Below are positions 58,116 to 64,000 of a DNA stretch of 64,000 nt, in pieces. Below the pieces are notes generated by a model. It searched no databases. It was not told the origin of the DNA and worked only from the letters and a program-made list of their open reading frames with translations. Position numbers and translations under genes: made by a program. Location of the stretch: the NCBI RefSeq assembly GCF_009914755.1, contig NC_060926.1; one strand, 5' to 3'. How positions within the stretch are numbered: position 1 is the first letter of the stretch; each line of letters begins with the position of its first letter. This DNA comes from the human T2T-CHM13v2.0 reference genome, Homo sapiens.

Positions 58116-58836
58116 CCACATCACAAGAAGGAACCCGGCATGCTGAGGTGTATGGAATCGTGGGTGATGTGGAAGGTATAGTCAGTGTTACAGAGGGAGC
58201 GAGTGAAGGACTCAGTTTTAGGAGAAGCCTGGGGTCTTAACAGGGGTGAAGTCTGGGGAAGTGCACGGTTACATGGAGGATGGGACAGAGTGGGGTAACT
58301 TGTGGACAGTTAAAGTGGACTAGTGAACCACCTGGGCCAGATCTCCCTGTAACAAAGTCTTTGCAACTCCTGACACTGCTGGGCAAGTCAAAGTGCCCCC
58401 TCCAGACCACTGCGGAGCACCAGCTCCCTCTTGGTATCAAAGACTTTGGCCACTGCTCCCAGTCTTCCCACTGCCCAGCCCATGTCCTGTCATCCTCATC
58501 CAGTGTCCCATCCCGTCCCGCCACGTAATACTGTGGCCATCACTTGGCAGTACTCTTGAGTGCCATAAACCAGGCTGGACACAACCATCTCTCTGTCCAC
58601 TCTCCTATTCCCACTTCGCCTGCTTCCTGCCATACCAAGCTGCTGGTCCTGGACCTCTCACTGTCATCCCAGCCCATTCCCCTCTGGAAGGCCCTTCTCT
58701 CTCCTCTGTGTCCCCAGCCTTCACTCCATATAATGAATCACCTTGAGTGTTACTTCTTCCTTCAAGTCTCTCCTGATCCTCGTTCCCACTTCCAGGTAGA
58801 GTTTATCACTCCTTCCTTTCTGCCTCTGCTATCTAA

Positions 58837-59175
<339 letters not shown>

Positions 59176-60579
59176 CACACTTGTTTTTTATGCCTATCTC
59201 CTCCCCCTTCTACACTGAAATGAATTAGGGCAAAATTGTGTCTAATGACCTATGTCACTAGCTCACAGAAGGCACTCAGAAAAGGTCTGTGGAATCCATG
59301 AATGGTTGAAGGCATGAGCAAATAAATGAATATGTGAATGGATTTATTCTAACCAAGCCAATATCATCACCTAATCTTTTCTTATCTATCCCAGCCTGAG
59401 CCTTCTAAGCTGAACTGGATCCACTCATGTAAATGAACACCAGCCCTGAGTGCTGGCCTTTGTCTCCTGTACCTATGCCCTGGTCTTCCCTCTCATCTTC
59501 CTGGGCTCTCCAGGGCTCTGCAACTTCAAACTAGACCCTCACTGCAGGGCCTTCACTTGGATGATACATTAGGATGCATTTCTCAAGACTGACCCTTGGC
59601 GCTCTCCTCTAAGATGGTTGGGGCACTTGCCTTCTAGCTCCGTGAAGACAACTATGGATAAGAGGGGCTCCCACTTTCTGTCCAAGTGTCATTTCCTGCC
59701 TGGTGGCAATGAGTATCTTCACTCCAATGGCCTCCTTCAACCATGCCCCTCATCCATGTCCCTTTGCCCATACCTGCCCTGCTGTCAACCTAAGCAACAG
59801 CCTCAGCCCCTGGTGTGTGTCTGGTTTAGGAGAGCAACACCCAAGGTTCTTCTCACCATGTAGAAAGTGGGGGCCACAGATGGTGCATCTGCCATGATTC
59901 AGAGAGGTTCCACATCATGAATTGTTTGAGGAGTCATAGCAAATGGAAAATGGGGCTTGGAGGAGCCAGGTTCCCAACTAAGGTCACCACTCCCTCAACT
60001 ATAGAGTCAGAGACCACTGGAGGGTTCCACTGGCCAAGAGAAGGGACAGGGCTCCAGAAATCAACATGTGTTAGGCCCCTGGAAAGTACTGAGGACAGGC
60101 TCTGATAGCCTAGACCCCTCCTCTGTCAACAGGCTGAAAACCAGGCTGGGAGAGGCCCCAGGAACTAGGGTCAGATGGGAACTCACCTTCTAGCCTCTTC
60201 TAAGAAGAACCTTTGACTTTATCTCCTGAATGGTGGGAACCTGGAGCTCTGGGAATAGGGGATATTGTGGGGGTGAGTAGAGTGGGGCAGAAGCTGGAAA
60301 ATGGGGGCTCTGTCCAAGGATGGTGACTGGAAAGCTGGGGGAGAGACAGGAGGCAATGGGAGAACAGGTGACGGGAACGAGACTGGACTCTGAAGTCAGG
60401 GCCCACACCCAGACCCTGTGGGTTGGGAGACAAAGGACTAAAAGGCTGCTAGAGGCTGGAGGAGGAGGGGGGCTTCTGTGGGAGGCGCAGAGCTGGTTTG
60501 GACACACTGCCTCTCCAACTTGATTTCTCACTAGCCCACAGCCTCCAACCACTGGCTGTGTCTTGGCCACCAATGAACA

Positions 60580-61333
<754 letters not shown>

Positions 61334-62289
61334 GTCCCCTTCCAGGAATGCCAGCTCCCCCAGCTTCCTAGGCACCACCCCTGCACAGCCCATGCCACTC
61401 CTGTCTGCCGCTCCAAGCATGTACCTATCCAAGGTCTGGCTCAAGCCACACTGCATCTGGACAGCCTCCCCTGACATTGGACAATGAGCTCGCCTTCCTG
61501 TAAACCCACTGCTCACATATTCATTTTACACTTGCATGTGTCATTTATCTTTTTTTCTTTTGAGAGTCTATTCATCACCCAAGTACACTGTTTATGACAG
61601 AAACTCTTTTACGTCTCTAACAATCATCATGCAGCTCAGTGACAACATGTTCAAGCCATGTTTACTGCTGCTGACGTCTGCCAAGTGAGGTCAGATGAAG
61701 GCTCAACAGAGGATGCCTTGTATCAGCTCAGCAGCTGGGCTCTTCTGTGGCCGTGCACTGGGGTAAAGACATGGAGAAGGAATATGGACCTTGCATAATT
61801 GAAGGAGCAAGGCTGCCTTTCCTTCTCTTGCCTGCTGACATCTCAGGCTCAAACACATGACCTCTTGCCTCAAGCCCCCCAGCTTTGAGAAGCCCTCTCT
61901 TTGCAGCAGGGAAGACACCAGTGGAGGGCCTAGAAACAGGATTTGCTGACGCGCTTCTGAACACAAGGTCAATCAGATGGATCCTGACCTACATTCCAAA
62001 TGCAAGGAGAACTGGTCACTGCCATGTACAGCTTTTACTTTTCTCTTGAAAAGGCAGTGCCACACCATTGCATAGAGAGGTCATAGAGAGATTCATTAAA
62101 GACCTTGAAAAAAAACATGTCCTATGTTGACACAAGGGCTGGGCACTCATGCAGCAACAGTCAAGAAGGCCCACGGGTGCTCAAAGAACAGAGCAGAGGG
62201 GAAGAAGAGCAACAAGCTGAGCTGCCCATGGCCGACCATTGAGCTGGATGCTGGCCACGCAGAGAGGTTTGCAACAGAGTTTCTGTCTG

Positions 62290-62480
62290 GGTTTAAATTC
62301 TCAAACATCCGTGTCTGAAAGAATCACCCAGAGAGCTTGTGAAAATGCATCTTCTTTAGTGTTGTCCTCACAATAAACTGAAACAGAAGGTGGACCAAGA
62401 AATAGAGATTTTTAACAAGTCCCCAGGTAATTCTGATACAAAAGGCCCATTAGCCACACATTGAGAAACATAAGTTTAGA
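62290..62480. mobile_element. MER5-like DNA transposon
   Basis: AGAATCACCCAGAGAGCTTGTGAAAATGCA...TTTTAACAAGTCCCCAGGTAATTCTGAT...TTGAGAAAC. Confidence 0.7.
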
Positions 62481-62689
62481 ATGCTATGCTTTATCCGACG
62501 TTTACTTACCCCCAAAAACTGAGAGTACCACTGATAAAAAAGAAAGTAGAGCTTCTCATAAATGGATGCAGTGGACTCTGTGACTCCCATCCACTCACCA
62601 CAGCTAGGATACAAATGTTCCTCTAAGTACCCAAATATACTTTCAGTATCTGGTAGAGCTTGTGTGCAAATATGACCCCAATGAGCTAT

Positions 62690-63275
62690 CCCTCCGGGTA
62701 TCCACACTGAATCTGGGCTGGCCCTGTGGCTGGCAAAACCAATAGAATGCAGTGGAAGATCCACAAAGCAGGCCTCAGGCCAAAGACTTAAGAAGGCCTA
62801 GCAACTTCTATTTTCACAGTTTTGGGAGCCTTATACCACCATGTATAAAGTCCAACAACCCTGATGGAAAAACATGTAGAGAGGCCGCATGGGTGGGCCC
62901 TGAGACCACATAGAGGGAGAGAGAGACAGACAGAGAGACAGACAGACAGACAGACACCCAGCCATCTCAGTGTCCCAGCTGAGCCCAGCCTTCTAGCTGC
63001 CCCTGCTAAGGTACCAGGCATGTAAGTGCACCATCTTGGAAGTTCCAGCTTAGTCAAGCTCCCTACTGACTGGAGCCCTCCGCAGATATCACATCAATTA
63101 GAAATCATCCAGCTAAGCCCCAACAACCCCAGTCAACCCACAAAAGAACTAATTTCCGTAATACTAGTTCTTATTCTATACCATGACTTAAATCAAATAT
63201 TATTGCTGCATCACAAACCACCCTAAAACTTAGTGGCTTAAAACATCAAGTACTGTATTAGCTCTCACAATTTGG
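62690..63275. mobile_element. MaLR (MLT1) LTR fragments
   Basis: TGGCAAAACCAATAGAATGCAGTGGAAG...CCAGGCATGTAAG...CCAGCTAAGCCC, plus antisense TTGCTGCATCACAAACCACCCTAAAACTTAGTGGCTT. Confidence 0.7.
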
Positions 63276-64000
63276 AGAACATGGTAGATAAAAAGGACTA
63301 ACTTATGTAAAGCATATTACAAAGTACTTTTATATTCAGTAGCTCATTTTATCCTGACAACATGCTGTGGGTTAGGAAAGGCAGATTCATGTTATTCCCA
63401 TCCAGCAGTGTTTTTAAATGACTTGTTTGAGATGGCTAGATTAGTTAGTGGCAGAGCTGATCATGTGATCATGTGATGTCAAATACAGGGCTATTTCTTT
63501 GCAGGCGTAGCCAGTTGCCCTGAGGGTTCAGCAGAGGATAAGGTGAGCTGGGACAAGGGTCTGACAGGAGCTAAAGAGAAGGTGATAGCACAGATGACCA
63601 GATGCAAAGGCTCTCTCTGATGGCCAGCCTTCAGAGAGGCTGATGGGGTAGGAGTCAGGTAGACAGATGAGGAGTGACACTGAGGCGACTCAGCATAAGA
63701 GAATTGAGGACATGGTGGCAAATGGTTGGAAAAAGCCATCCCTGATCTGATGGGTGGGCTAGATGTGAAAGAGCAGAGACTTGCATGGTGGGTCAGTTCT
63801 GTCTGCCCAGGAGTCCAGCAAGCCTGTGAGCAGCCTGGCCAAGGCTTCACACCGGGCTCCCCACCCAACTACAGCTTGTGTCCTCGTCATGCAGGGTCTG
63901 CTCCAAGGTGCCATGCTCCCTAGCTCTGTCTGTTATAGGAAGTGGGTTATGGGAAGTATCTTCAAGACAACTCTTCTAACAACTCAACCGTGGGCCCCTC

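Noticed and set aside
57472-58240. His/Thr-rich ORFs
   Set aside because: Translations of the CA/TG low-complexity tract

Overview
Primate (human-like) genomic DNA, repeat-rich and mostly non-coding. The right end carries the 3' end of ADD2 (beta-adducin) on the minus strand: most of the last intron (to the window end), the terminal coding exon (56797-56487, ending in the MARCKS-like [23 protein letters not shown]) and a ~6.6 kb 3'UTR ending at a non-canonical AGUAAA poly(A) site near 49847. From recall, in human this is 2p13.3, with TGFA beyond the left edge. The left ~49 kb is intergenic. It contains a two-LTR, internally deleted HERV-H provirus (13625-19484; GACAC TSD, His PBS, decayed gag/pro/pol) next to an older ERV1 solo LTR, a 20-bp minisatellite, and many Alu, L1, L2, MIR, MaLR and DNA-transposon relics. 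I see no novel multi-gene system. The best leads are: (1) a candidate 34-nt cassette exon in the ADD2 last intron that would truncate beta-adducin before its MARCKS domain and escape NMD; (2) asymmetric HERV-H LTRs, with only the 3' LTR retaining the ACAAAAGA SOX-type block; (3) a Pumilio/CPE cluster beside the distal ADD2 poly(A) site. Repeat subfamily names are by-eye recognition and their boundaries are approximate.
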